A stretch of 64,000 nucleotides of DNA, from assembly GCA_963790475.1 (NCBI GenBank), contig CAWBOS010000010.1:1654961-1718960 (forward strand), written 5' to 3'. The notes below the pieces were generated by a model. It was not told the origin of the DNA and searched no databases. It saw nothing but the letters and a program-made list of their open reading frames with translations. Of this stretch, positions 8,897 through 18,023 are shown in pieces (the first letter of the stretch is position 1; each line of letters begins with the position of its first letter). Source of the DNA: an uncultured delta proteobacterium (GTDB taxonomy: Bacteria; Desulfobacterota; RBG-13-43-22). Position numbers and translations under genes: made by a program.

Positions 8897-10441
8897 TCAT
8901 TCAAAAGTTGACAATCGGTCATCCTTAATGAATAGGGCCAGAGGAACGGAGACAAAAAAAAGTATGGAGACCAGGAAGTAAACGTGATTAAAGGAAAGCA
9001 TACTCGCTTGTCTTAAAACGATTCCCCCTATAGCCTTGGCAGCCCTGTTATCCGCACCCACCTGGTCAAAGCCTTGAGCGTAAAAATAGGATGAGAATTT
9101 TAGCAATAATTCGGAAGTGACATCTCTATAAACATTTACCTTCTCCACCAGCACCGACCTATACCAGATTTCTCCCCGGCTCAGTAGGGTCGCGGCGGCG
9201 GCGATGCCGATACTTCCGAATACCTGCCGAATGACCGTGTAAAGTCCGGTAGCGGCAGGCAAGAGCGGTTTTTCGATAGTGGACAAGGCCGCCGTGCTTA
9301 AAGAGGTAAATATGAGCCCGAAACCGGCTCCCTGTAGAAACTGGGGGAAAAATATATCCCAATATCCGACCGAAAGGGAGAGGCGCGAAAACTGGTAGAA
9401 GGAAACACCGGTCATAAAGAGTCCCACCCCTATCAGCCATCTCGGCCCCGTCTTGTTATAGAGTCGGCCGCCAACCGGCATGGCGATGAGCATGGCAATG
9501 CTTCTCGGCAACACCATCAGGCCCGAATCAAAAGCGGGATAATTAAGGAGTTGCTGTAAAAAGAGTGGGAGGGTGAAAAGACCCCCCATCAGGCCCATGC
9601 CCAGGAGACCTCCGAGAAAGGTTCCTGTGCTGAAATTGATATCCTTCAAGATTCGTAGATTAACCGCCGGTTTATCGGTAGTCAATTCCCGCCAGATAAA
9701 CAACAGAAAACCTATGATGGAGGCCGCTGCCAGATATTTAATTAAATTGGATGAAAACCAATTTTCCAGATTGCCTTTTTCCAAGAATATCTGAAAGGCC
9801 CCCAGACCCAAGGCCATGAACATCAAGCCCGCAAAATCCATCTTCCCTTTTTCCTTGACCAGATAAGGCGGATCTTTAATGTACCGTAGAACTAAAAGGA
9901 TGTTGATGATTCCTATGGGAACGTTGATATAAAAGACCCAGGGCCAGGAATAATTATCGGTAATCCATCCTCCCAGGGTAGGGGCCAATGCCGGACCTAA
10001 CATAACACCAAACCCATAAACGCCCATGGCCTTGGCCTGCTCTTCGGGGGGGAAGGTTTCTCTCAATACCGCCATGGCCGTGGGTATGAGGGCGCCGCCG
10101 CCTATTCCCTGAATAAGACGAAAGACGATTAAGGAGTTCAAATTCCAGGCCAGTCCGCAAAGCATGGAAGAAATGGTAAAAAGAAATACGGAAATGTTCA
10201 GGAAACGCTTTCGTCCTAACCGGGAGCTGAGCATGGCCACAATGGGCATGATGATGACGCTGGAGAGAATATAACCGGTCGCCACCCAGGATATCTCCTC
10301 CACGGAGGCGCTGACCGACGCCCTTATGTGGGGAAGGGCGACATTGACGATGCTGCCGTCCATGGCCGCCATAATAGTACCGGTCATGACCGTTATGGCG
10401 ATCATCCACTTGTTAACCGGGCTTTCGTGTTGTTCGTCCAC
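8897..10441 (-). CDS. emrB: DHA2-family MFS multidrug efflux permease (EmrB/QacA type, 14 TMS)
   Basis: 514 aa with the motif GRKRFLNISVFLFTISSMLCGLAWN..LIVFRLIQGIGGG. Located immediately downstream of an HlyD-family gene. Confidence 0.85.
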   Translation of the reverse strand: MDEQHESPVNKWMIAITVMTGTIMAAMDGSIVNVALPHIRASVSASVEEISWVATGYILSSVIIMPIVAMLSSRLGRKRFLNISVFLFTISSMLCGLAWNLNSLIVFRLIQGIGGGALIPTAMAVLRETFPPEEQAKAMGVYGFGVMLGPALAPTLGGWITDNYSWPWVFYINVPIGIINILLVLRYIKDPPYLVKEKGKMDFAGLMFMALGLGAFQIFLEKGNLENWFSSNLIKYLAAASIIGFLLFIWRELTTDKPAVNLRILKDINFSTGTFLGGLLGMGLMGGLFTLPLFLQQLLNYPAFDSGLMVLPRSIAMLIAMPVGGRLYNKTGPRWLIGVGLFMTGVSFYQFSRLSLSVGYWDIFFPQFLQGAGFGLIFTSLSTAALSTIEKPLLPAATGLYTVIRQVFGSIGIAAAATLLSRGEIWYRSVLVEKVNVYRDVTSELLLKFSSYFYAQGFDQVGADNRAAKAIGGIVLRQASMLSFNHVYFLVSILFFVSVPLALFIKDDRLSTFE

Positions 10442-10448
10442 GGGACCT

Positions 10449-11495
10449 CTATTTGGCAGAGAGTTTGGACCCGGTGGGACGGCTCACGTCTACGTCGGGA
10501 ACAACGGACATACCGGGCCATAAGGGATGGTCCGGGTCAAAAGGGGTATCGATAGTGATTTTCACCGGGATACGTTGTACAACCTTGATGAAATTACCGG
10601 TGGCGTTCTCCGGAGGAAGCAGGCTGAAGACTGAACCCGTGCCCGGTTGGAGGCTGTCGATATGTCCTTTGAACACCTTGCCGGGATAGGCGTCGACTTT
10701 TATCTCGACCGGCTGGCCCACCGTCATTTTCTTGATTTGAGTTTCCTTGAAATTGGCCACGATCCAGGGATTCTCTTTGACGATGGAAAACAAGCTCTGA
10801 CCTGGTTGAACATATTTTCCGACATCAATATTCTTCATCGCGATAATTCCCGAGATGGGGGCGGCAACCACCGTTTTTGAGAGATCCAGGTGGGCCCTAT
10901 CCCTGGCGATTTTCGCCTCTTTGATCCTGTAATTCTGGGTGTTCAAGCGGGCTTCCAGCGTTTTTACCCCGGTCTCTGCTCCTTCCACTGCCGCCGCAGC
11001 CGCTTCTTTCCGGGCACTGGCCACATTCAAAACCGACTCCGCGTGTTCATATTGACTGGTAGTGACCAATCCTTCTTTATACAGATTTTTGCTTCGTTCC
11101 AATTCTTTATTAGCCAGGATTTCTTCGGCCGAAATGGCATTCAAACCGGCCCGGGCTTGTAAAAGACCCTTCTTCTTTTCCTCCACAGAAGCTTGGATTT
11201 CGCTTTCTTCCGAGTTTAAGCGGGAAATGTTTTCCTTCCTTTCTTGAAATACCGAGGAGAAATCATCAGGGGCAATTTCGAGCAAAGGCATTCCGGCTTC
11301 AACCGATTGGTTATCTTTAAAATTGATTTTGACCACCCGCCCCTTGACCTCTGCGGCAATGGGGACAATAGTCCCGGCTACATAGGCATCCTCCACCTCT
11401 TCATGAGAAAGAGAACGGATAAAATAGGCGGCCAGATAAATGCCCCCGGCCAAAACTACCAAAACGACTAATCCTCTGAATCCCCATTTCTTCAT
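10449..11495 (-). CDS. emrA: HlyD-family membrane fusion protein (EmrA type)
   Basis: 348 aa with an N-terminal TM helix, a coiled-coil middle and beta-barrel motifs (V.A.V.G.V..I.. / A.I.V...N). Confidence 0.85.
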   Translation of the reverse strand: MKKWGFRGLVVLVVLAGGIYLAAYFIRSLSHEEVEDAYVAGTIVPIAAEVKGRVVKINFKDNQSVEAGMPLLEIAPDDFSSVFQERKENISRLNSEESEIQASVEEKKKGLLQARAGLNAISAEEILANKELERSKNLYKEGLVTTSQYEHAESVLNVASARKEAAAAAVEGAETGVKTLEARLNTQNYRIKEAKIARDRAHLDLSKTVVAAPISGIIAMKNIDVGKYVQPGQSLFSIVKENPWIVANFKETQIKKMTVGQPVEIKVDAYPGKVFKGHIDSLQPGTGSVFSLLPPENATGNFIKVVQRIPVKITIDTPFDPDHPLWPGMSVVPDVDVSRPTGSKLSAK

Positions 11496-11642
11496 GAGCG
11501 TTTTCGTACCCTCCCAAGCATTTCAAGGGACCTTGTCCCGGATGGTTAGTATAGGTCCGCTTCTTTACAATTTATTCAGTTTATTATTCAGCCCCTTGAC
11601 TAAAGTTATATATTTTATCAGGCTTGAGTTTATTTATCCACA

Positions 11643-11669
11643 GTTAATTTTATCGTTAATTTTATCGTT
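11643..11669. repeat. Tandem direct repeat GTTAATTTTATC x2 (+GTT) in a divergent promoter region
   Basis: Two perfect 12-mers (11643-11654 and 11655-11666) plus a partial third. They lie between emrA (minus) and the CoA ligase (plus). Confidence 0.6.
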
Positions 11670-11839
11670 TTCAAACCAGGTTTTTTTTAACCCCTTTGAG
11701 GAAAATTCGCCTGAGATTTTAAACATATTAACCTTTGGTAAAACTTATCTTGATATCTGGATAGCTGTGATATATACAGTCTAGTAAAACAAGTCAGGCA
11801 AACATTTTTTTCAACTTTTCTGTAGAAAGGAGATTTAAA

Positions 11840-13558
11840 ATGGAAGCAAGGACCTATCCTGAGTACAGCACCAATTACCCTCTGCTCCTCACCACCTTTA
11901 TGAAAAGGCCGGTTAGAGTCTATCCTAATGAGATCGGGATCGTTTACCGCAACCAGTTCACGGCTGAATATCAGCGATTCACCTGGGGCGCATGGTATAA
12001 ACGGACCTGTAAATTAGCCAATGCCCTCAAAAAGCTGGGTATCAAATCCGGAAAGCCGGGGGAACCCGGCGATCGGGTCGGTACCATGGCCCTGAATACC
12101 CACCGTCATATGGAACTTTATTATGCCGTCCCCTGCTCCGGGGCCATGCTCCATCCCATCAATGTCCGGCTGGCTCTGGAACATATCATCTATACCATCA
12201 ACCATGCCGAGGATACGGCCATTTTCTTCGATGATATTCTCCTGCCCATGGTGGAAGGCATCTATGACCAGATTAAGGGCAAAGTGAAAATTTTTGTTTA
12301 TATGTCCGATAAAAGAGGGCTGCCTCAAAGCAAGATCGAAAACCTTTATGAATACGAAGCCCTGCTGGAAGCGGAACCGGACACATACGAGTGGCCCCAT
12401 CTTCATGAGGACACTTATGCCACCCTGTGCTATACCACAGCTACCACCGGTCTTCCCAAAGGAGCTATGTTTACTCACCGGGCCCTTTATCTGCAAACGA
12501 TTCACCTAATGGCCATGACCTCAATCAACAATGATCCCAGCACGGTGTATGTTGGAGAAAACGGGGTGCCCATGATGACCACACCCCTCTTCCATATCCA
12601 TGCCTGGTGCCAGCCTTTTGCCTATGTCTTCAGTGCCCAGAAAATCGTCTTGCCGGGAATGTTCACGGTAGATGGTTTTTGCGATCTGGTTCAAACCGAA
12701 AAGGTAACCAGCGTGGCGGTTGTGCCGACTATTTTGGCTCTAATTCTGGAGTATAAAGATATCGACAAGTACGATCTGAGCAGTCTGAAGTCCGTGGGGG
12801 TAGGCGGCGGGGCCCTGCCTTTGGGTTTGAAGTCCAAGGTCGAGAAACGGATTCCGGGATTCAGTGCCGCTTCCGGATACGGTATGACCGAAACGGCCCC
12901 GGTGACCATAACGGCTTTTGTTAAGAAATATATGAGAGATTGGCCCAAGGAGAAACTGGATGAAGTTAAGGTAAAAACAGGACTTCCCGTGCTTGGGCTG
13001 GAAGTCGATGTGGTAGATGATAAAGGAAAACCTGTACCGCATAACAACAGCACCATCGGCGAAATCATTATTCGCGGCCCCTGGGTTATGGAACGGTATT
13101 ATAAAAATCCGGAAAAAACAGCCGAAGTCTGGCATGACAACTGGTTTCACACCGGAGACATGGCCACGGTGGATGAAGAGGATTTCGTCGTCATCGCCGA
13201 CCGGATGTCCGACGTGATCCGCAGCGGCTCGGAAATGGTCCCGACTGTCCTGCTGGAAAACCTGGCCGGCATGGCCGATTTTGTCCTGGAGGCCACCATC
13301 GTGGGGGTTCCCGATGAGGTTTGGGGGGAAATCCCCATGGCTCTGGTCAAACTGGTCCCCGGTTCCAAGGCCACCGAAGATGACTTTATTAAATTTCTGG
13401 AGGCTGAAGGTGTGGCCAAGGGTAAAATCACCAAGTGGATGCTGCCCAAGCTGGTGGCCATTGTCGATGATGTGCCCAAGACCAGCGTGGGAAAATACAA
13501 CAAACGGGATATCAAAAATAATGTGAAAACCTACCTGGAAAAAGCCAAGAGGATGTAA
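11840..13558 (+). CDS. AMP-dependent acyl-CoA synthetase/ligase (long/medium-chain type), paralogue 1
   Basis: 572 aa with AMP-binding motif I CYTTATTGLPKGAMFTHR, a GYGMTET motif and a C-terminal TSVGKYNKR. An AAGGAG RBS is present. Confidence 0.9.
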   Translation: MEARTYPEYSTNYPLLLTTFMKRPVRVYPNEIGIVYRNQFTAEYQRFTWGAWYKRTCKLANALKKLGIKSGKPGEPGDRVGTMALNTHRHMELYYAVPCSGAMLHPINVRLALEHIIYTINHAEDTAIFFDDILLPMVEGIYDQIKGKVKIFVYMSDKRGLPQSKIENLYEYEALLEAEPDTYEWPHLHEDTYATLCYTTATTGLPKGAMFTHRALYLQTIHLMAMTSINNDPSTVYVGENGVPMMTTPLFHIHAWCQPFAYVFSAQKIVLPGMFTVDGFCDLVQTEKVTSVAVVPTILALILEYKDIDKYDLSSLKSVGVGGGALPLGLKSKVEKRIPGFSAASGYGMTETAPVTITAFVKKYMRDWPKEKLDEVKVKTGLPVLGLEVDVVDDKGKPVPHNNSTIGEIIIRGPWVMERYYKNPEKTAEVWHDNWFHTGDMATVDEEDFVVIADRMSDVIRSGSEMVPTVLLENLAGMADFVLEATIVGVPDEVWGEIPMALVKLVPGSKATEDDFIKFLEAEGVAKGKITKWMLPKLVAIVDDVPKTSVGKYNKRDIKNNVKTYLEKAKRM

Positions 13559-13630
13559 AGAAGGAGCAAACTTAAAACTTCATTTGAAGTTGAGCCATTA
13601 TCCTTCTTAACCTTTTTTAATGAGACTTCC

Positions 13631-13672
13631 AGTCCTTGAGCGCCAAGAATTTTCTCCTGGCGTTCAAGGACT
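13631..13672. repeat. 14-bp inverted repeat between convergent genes (possible terminator hairpin)
   Basis: AGTCCTTGAGCGCC ... GGCGTTCAAGGACT, with one G-U position. No clear U-tract on either strand. Confidence 0.35.
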
Positions 13673-13730
13673 TGTTAAAATTCTCTATTCCTGTCACTAA
13701 ATTCATATCATTTCAAATGAGTGGTAAGGC

Positions 13731-14621
13731 TCAGACCACCACCAGCCAAACCCCAACCACACTTACAATAACCCCAATAATGGCAAACCTCCTCGGTTTT
13801 TCCCCGAGGATGAAGATAGCAAAAGGCAAGGCAAAGAGAGGGGCGACAGCAGTCAAAAGCACAGTTTTCCCTGCACCGATCAGTTGAATCGCCGATATGT
13901 ATCCCACGGCGGCCACCCCGTAGGTGAGCAGACCGGCGGAAGCAACCAGGATCAGATTTTTTCTGCCAATCTGCCTAAACGATGTTTTTCCCTTTTTCGG
14001 ACCTGAATGAAATAAAAATAATAAAACAATCGCCGAAGTGGAAATCCTGAGTCCTGCGGCAACAAAGGGATCGACTCCGGTCACACCGATTTTCAACAGG
14101 ATCGTTGCCCCGGTCCAGGTCACGATGGCGATCAGTATGAAAAGCAGGCCCTTGGGGTTGATCCGTTTTTTATCCCTTGAGTTGCCTCCCTGCCCCCTGG
14201 ATGAAGTCATCAAGTAAATGCCCAGGACCACCAAAACGGCCCCGGTTATGGTAATCCAGGTAAACTGTTCGCCTAAGAATAAAATTGCCGATAGGACCGC
14301 CAAAAGGACAAAAGCGCACTGGGAAAGAGGGAAGGCGATAGAGATATCCAAAAGGGCCACACTTTTGATATAGATCGTATCCCCGATGGCCATGGCCAAT
14401 ACGCCGGAAATGACCACATAGACCAAAGATCCCCAGGGAATATGGGAAAAAGCTTCGTATCTGCCTGTAACTATAATCAATAATATGAGCAGTGCCGAAC
14501 CGACCCAGGTGCGAAGGGTGTTGATGACCAGTGAATCGATCTTATCGGCCACCAGTTTAACACAGATACTGCTGATCGACCAGGCCAGCGACGTCAGCAG
14601 CGCGATACCCGCTCCAAGCAT
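13731..14621 (-). CDS. EamA/DMT-family transporter
   Basis: 296 aa with ten predicted hydrophobic helices in two EamA-like halves. Confidence 0.8.
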   Translation of the reverse strand: MLGAGIALLTSLAWSISSICVKLVADKIDSLVINTLRTWVGSALLILLIIVTGRYEAFSHIPWGSLVYVVISGVLAMAIGDTIYIKSVALLDISIAFPLSQCAFVLLAVLSAILFLGEQFTWITITGAVLVVLGIYLMTSSRGQGGNSRDKKRINPKGLLFILIAIVTWTGATILLKIGVTGVDPFVAAGLRISTSAIVLLFLFHSGPKKGKTSFRQIGRKNLILVASAGLLTYGVAAVGYISAIQLIGAGKTVLLTAVAPLFALPFAIFILGEKPRRFAIIGVIVSVVGVWLVVV

Positions 14622-14759
14622 AGCTTTCTCCGCACCTGCCCTAATAGTGAAATACGATTGCTCTTAAAGCCTGCCTACCAGGGGATAATCCTTAGATCGG
14701 GCCGGCAGGCCATTCACCGCTTGGCTTTCCGCAAATAAATATCCTCTGTAATCTGCTTC

Positions 14760-15356
14760 TTATTCGTGAATTAACTGAAGCCCAATCCGGTCCCAGGTCG
14801 CACATCTTTCAATTTTATCAAAAATAGACTGGGCTCTATTCCAGGGACGATCAAATAAGGCAACCCTGGTGTCCATGGTTTGAGATATATATTCAGCCAT
14901 GGACAGAGAGTCTTCCACAGCCAGACCAAATTTCATGGACGAAAGGTCATTCATTGAAATAGCGATCCTGTGATCTGTGTCCGGTCTGGAATATTTATCC
15001 ACCATGATGAAAGAATCGTAGGGAACCTTATGCGAAGAAAGCCATTCCAATGAGGTCTCATAAGTGGAAGTTAAACGACCGGTCACTATGGCGATTTCAT
15101 ACCCCTGGGCGGCCCAATTCTTTAAAACTTCTATTGCCCCATCAACGGGGTCTAATCCCAGTATTTCTTCCGGCCGGTGAATGAGCTCAAAAAAATAATC
15201 ATATTCTTCCTGACTAAGCCCAAAAGCTTCCTGGAAATTGAAGGAGGTAATTTGCTCTAATCCGACCTCCCTTCCATATTCCCTTTTTAACAGTTTGCTG
15301 GACGCCAGAGTCGTTTCCGACAAAACATCATCCAGGTCGACATAAATGGGTAACAT
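14760..15356 (-). CDS. HAD-superfamily 5'(3')-deoxyribonucleotidase-like hydrolase
   Basis: 198 aa. The N-terminal motif I is YVDLDDVL (DxDxV/T). The layout is NT5C-like. Confidence 0.6.
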   Translation of the reverse strand: MLPIYVDLDDVLSETTLASSKLLKREYGREVGLEQITSFNFQEAFGLSQEEYDYFFELIHRPEEILGLDPVDGAIEVLKNWAAQGYEIAIVTGRLTSTYETSLEWLSSHKVPYDSFIMVDKYSRPDTDHRIAISMNDLSSMKFGLAVEDSLSMAEYISQTMDTRVALFDRPWNRAQSIFDKIERCATWDRIGLQLIHE

Positions 15357-15433
15357 AAAAAGACTCCAATTTGTTTTCTCTATTAGGGGAATTGAACGAT
15401 AATGACTTCGAAGGCACAGTATTCCGAATTTAT

Positions 15434-15709
15434 TTATAGATGCCCTTTAAGATGATCGCCTTTATAGATATTCTTACGATGACCGATTCTGAGGATTAAG
15501 ACATCGTTACCTAATAAAGCGTAAATGACCCGACAGTCCCCTACTCGAAATTTACGTAGCCCGGCAAATGGTCCTTTGAGGACCGGATTGAATTCGGCTT
15601 TTCTCACAAGCTCCCGTTCAATCCGGTCAAGGAGACGACCGGCCTCCGCTCTGGACAGCTTTTTTAAATCACGATGAACTGACTCTTTGTAAACGATATT
15701 ATAAGCCAG
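15434..15709 (-). CDS. Type II toxin, RelE/ParE family (not in the ORF track; no ATG/GTG/TTG start)
   Basis: My translation is (L)AYNIVYKESVHRDLKKLSRAEAGRLLDRIERELVRKAEFNPVLKGPFAGLRKFRVGDCRVIYALLGNDVLILRIGHRKNIY.... It overlaps the antitoxin stop by 11 nt. The first plausible initiator is CTG at 15707-15709. Confidence 0.75.
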   Translation of the reverse strand: MAYNIVYKESVHRDLKKLSRAEAGRLLDRIERELVRKAEFNPVLKGPFAGLRKFRVGDCRVIYALLGNDVLILRIGHRKNIYKGDHLKGHL

Positions 15710-15917
15710 GAGATTTCCTCAGCTCTTTGCCGGACACAACAGGATCTGTTTTATCATGGAGCCGATCGAGGGCAATCTGCAGGTCTGCGTAATCTTCTAT
15801 GTAGGATTCTAACGCTTTCTGAATAATGAAAGAACGGGGTCTCTCTGTTTCCTTGGCCATGTTGTCCAATCGTTCGGAAAGTTCCTTGGGCAGTCTGACT
15901 GACAGGGCTGTACTCAT
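15699..15917 (-). CDS. Ribbon-helix-helix (CopG/RelB-like) antitoxin
   Basis: 72 aa. MSTALSVRLPKELSERLDNMAKETERPRSFIIQKALESYIED is a typical RHH fold signature. Confidence 0.8.
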   Translation of the reverse strand: MSTALSVRLPKELSERLDNMAKETERPRSFIIQKALESYIEDYADLQIALDRLHDKTDPVVSGKELRKSPGL

Positions 15918-16072
15918 GAAGTGCCTCCTGGTTCATTTGTATTACAATGTAGTTAGTCGCAACTTAAGTCAAGCATATTTGGAAATGAAATTCAATCCGA
16001 GAGGAATCGTTTAAAAATTGAAGATTATCGGCAAAGCAAAAGTGACAGAATGTTCAGGACTGGTAAAGGCCA

Positions 16073-16312
16073 TTACCCCCCATTCAGGGCCTGAAATATC
16101 AGGACCTGTGATCCGGGGGTCAGCCGTTCGTCCTTCGGTAAAATCCGGCTGTCCATCAATACCGTTCCACCCCGTTCGTCAGAAATATTCAGACGGGCCA
16201 AAAGGTCGGCAACCTTCGACCCTTCGGGCAGGTCCACTTCAAGACCTTTCTCAAAATCGTAATCGGAAAAAAGGTCACTCAAAGTCCCAAATAATTTAAC
16301 AGTGATTCTCAT
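16073..16312 (-). CDS. MoaD/ThiS-family ubiquitin-like sulfur-carrier protein (C-terminal GG)
   Basis: Starts at the internal ATG of tracked ORF 16073-16516. 79 aa: MRITVKLFGTLSDL...IFQALNGG, ending in Gly-Gly. Confidence 0.7.
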   Translation of the reverse strand: MRITVKLFGTLSDLFSDYDFEKGLEVDLPEGSKVADLLARLNISDERGGTVLMDSRILPKDERLTPGSQVLIFQALNGG

Positions 16313-16636
16313 CAGGAAAAAGTTTGCACTATGGATATGGTAACGTTTTAGCTGTTTAATATATGCCTTTTGCGACAGATCCACGGCGACATCTTCAGAC
16401 TTTCTTCCGGGCGGACCCCCTATGGATACCCTACGGGGCCGGCTTTCGCCTGGAAAAACTTGCTCACACGCACGGGCCGGCAAGGTACTGATTGACAGGT
16501 CGTCAATCAGTACCATTCTTCTGTCTGTCTTGGTCTGCCTTCGTCCGTTGCAAAAATAAAGTGTATAAGGGGACTAACCAAATGTCAAAATATATGATAC
16601 GATCCTATTTATTTCTGAGTTCCTTTTCAAGAATCG

Positions 16637-16692
16637 CTTGACTTATGCCTGAGATTAGGTAATATTATGTTACTATCATAAATGCATACTAT
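16637..16692 (+). promoter_or_regulatory. Promoter/operator block upstream of marR (copy 1 of a shared 56-nt motif)
   Basis: TTGACT, a 17-nt spacer and TAATAT-like -10. Contains the inverted half-sites GGTAA-N7-TTAC. 44/56 ungapped identities (hand count) with 26863-26918. Confidence 0.55.
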
Positions 16693-16713
16693 CCTTGAGA
16701 AAAAGGAGTCAAC

Positions 16714-17157
16714 ATGAGAGAAAAACAAATGGAACAGATTTCCCAGAATGCACTTGAACTCTTTCCATTGCTGAAGCGCCTTTTCAACGGAGATCCCCGA
16801 GACCCGGCGCTTGTACCGCTCCGAAACCAAACCTTCAGTATCCTTCGGATATTAATAAGAAACGGACCGCTTCCGGTCTCGGCTGTCGGCAAGCGATTGC
16901 TCATCGCCAAACAAAACATGACCACACTCGTCGATAAGCTTATGAAAGAGGGTTTGGTTGAACGGAAATTGGATGCCACGGACCGGCGCGTCATTAACGT
17001 CTTCATAACCAAAAAGGGGATTAAATTTTTACAGGACAGTATGCAGGGCTTGAAAAAAATCGTGAGTCAAAATTTATCGGAGCTTAGTGAGGAGGACATT
17101 GAATCCCTTTATAAAGCTTTTCAGACCATCAGAACCATTGCCCCAAAGTTAGGCTGA
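16714..17157 (+). CDS. MarR-family transcriptional regulator
   Basis: 147 aa. The winged-HTH region reads FSILRILIRNGPLPVSAVGKRLLIAKQNMTTLVDKLMKEGLVERKLDATDRRV. Confidence 0.9.
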   Translation: MREKQMEQISQNALELFPLLKRLFNGDPRDPALVPLRNQTFSILRILIRNGPLPVSAVGKRLLIAKQNMTTLVDKLMKEGLVERKLDATDRRVINVFITKKGIKFLQDSMQGLKKIVSQNLSELSEEDIESLYKAFQTIRTIAPKLG

Positions 17158-17231
17158 AAAATTATTTGACTACCAATCCATAAAAAGGTGGGGTTCCGGA
17201 CCTCACCATAACCAGGAAGGAGAACGGAATC

Positions 17232-18023
17232 ATGACCAAGCAAGAAATTTTATTTAAGAAAGAGGATGGGATCGCCACGATTACCTTGAATTGTCCGGAG
17301 AGAAAGAATTCATTCTCCATGGACATGATCGACCACTGGGTCAATGCGCTGGGACAATGGCGGACCGACCCGGAGGTCAAGGTCATCGTCTTGACGGGGA
17401 GCGGCGACTCTTTTTGTGCCGGTGCTTATTTTGCTCCGGCTCAGGACGGAGCCGTTGCGGCCCCTACGGCTTTTGATCACAAAACCAACTTATGGGAACG
17501 GATCCACCGTATCCCTCTGACCCTGGAGGATACGGATAAGCCGGTGATCGCCGCCCTGAATGGGGTAGCTGTCGGCGCCGGGCTGGACATGGCCCTGATG
17601 TGCGATATTCGTTTTGCCGCCGAGTCGGCCAGGTTTTCCGAAGGGTATGTTAAAGTAGGATTCGTTCCGGGAGACGGCGGGGCCTACTATTTACCCCGAC
17701 TGGTCGGGGTAGCCAAAGCCCTGGAGCTTCTTATGACCGGTGACTTTATTTTCGCACCGGAGGCGGAACGCATCGGAATGGTCAACAAGGTTTTCCCTGA
17801 CGACCAACTGATGGACGAAACCTATAAATTCGCCCGGCGGCTGGCAGACGGACCGACCAAGGTCATTCAACTGATTAAACGCGCCGTCTACCAGAGCAGT
17901 CGTGTGGATTTGAGAACGGCTTTGGATATGATCTCCTCTCATATGGGCGTTATTCGTACGACTAAGGACAGTCAAGAGGCCATGAAGGCTTCCATGACCA
18001 GACTTAAGGGTGGGAAAAAATAA
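17232..18023 (+). CDS. Enoyl-CoA hydratase/isomerase (crotonase) family protein
   Basis: 263 aa with the family blocks VIVLTGSGDSFCAGA and IAALNGVAVGAGLDMALMCDIRFA. Confidence 0.9.
   Translation: MTKQEILFKKEDGIATITLNCPERKNSFSMDMIDHWVNALGQWRTDPEVKVIVLTGSGDSFCAGAYFAPAQDGAVAAPTAFDHKTNLWERIHRIPLTLEDTDKPVIAALNGVAVGAGLDMALMCDIRFAAESARFSEGYVKVGFVPGDGGAYYLPRLVGVAKALELLMTGDFIFAPEAERIGMVNKVFPDDQLMDETYKFARRLADGPTKVIQLIKRAVYQSSRVDLRTALDMISSHMGVIRTTKDSQEAMKASMTRLKGGKK

Noticed and set aside
16313-16516. N-terminal 68-codon extension of the MoaD/ThiS ORF.
   Set aside because: The MoaD/ThiS fold begins at the internal Met (MRITVKLFG). The extension is not family-like and would occupy the divergent promoter region.
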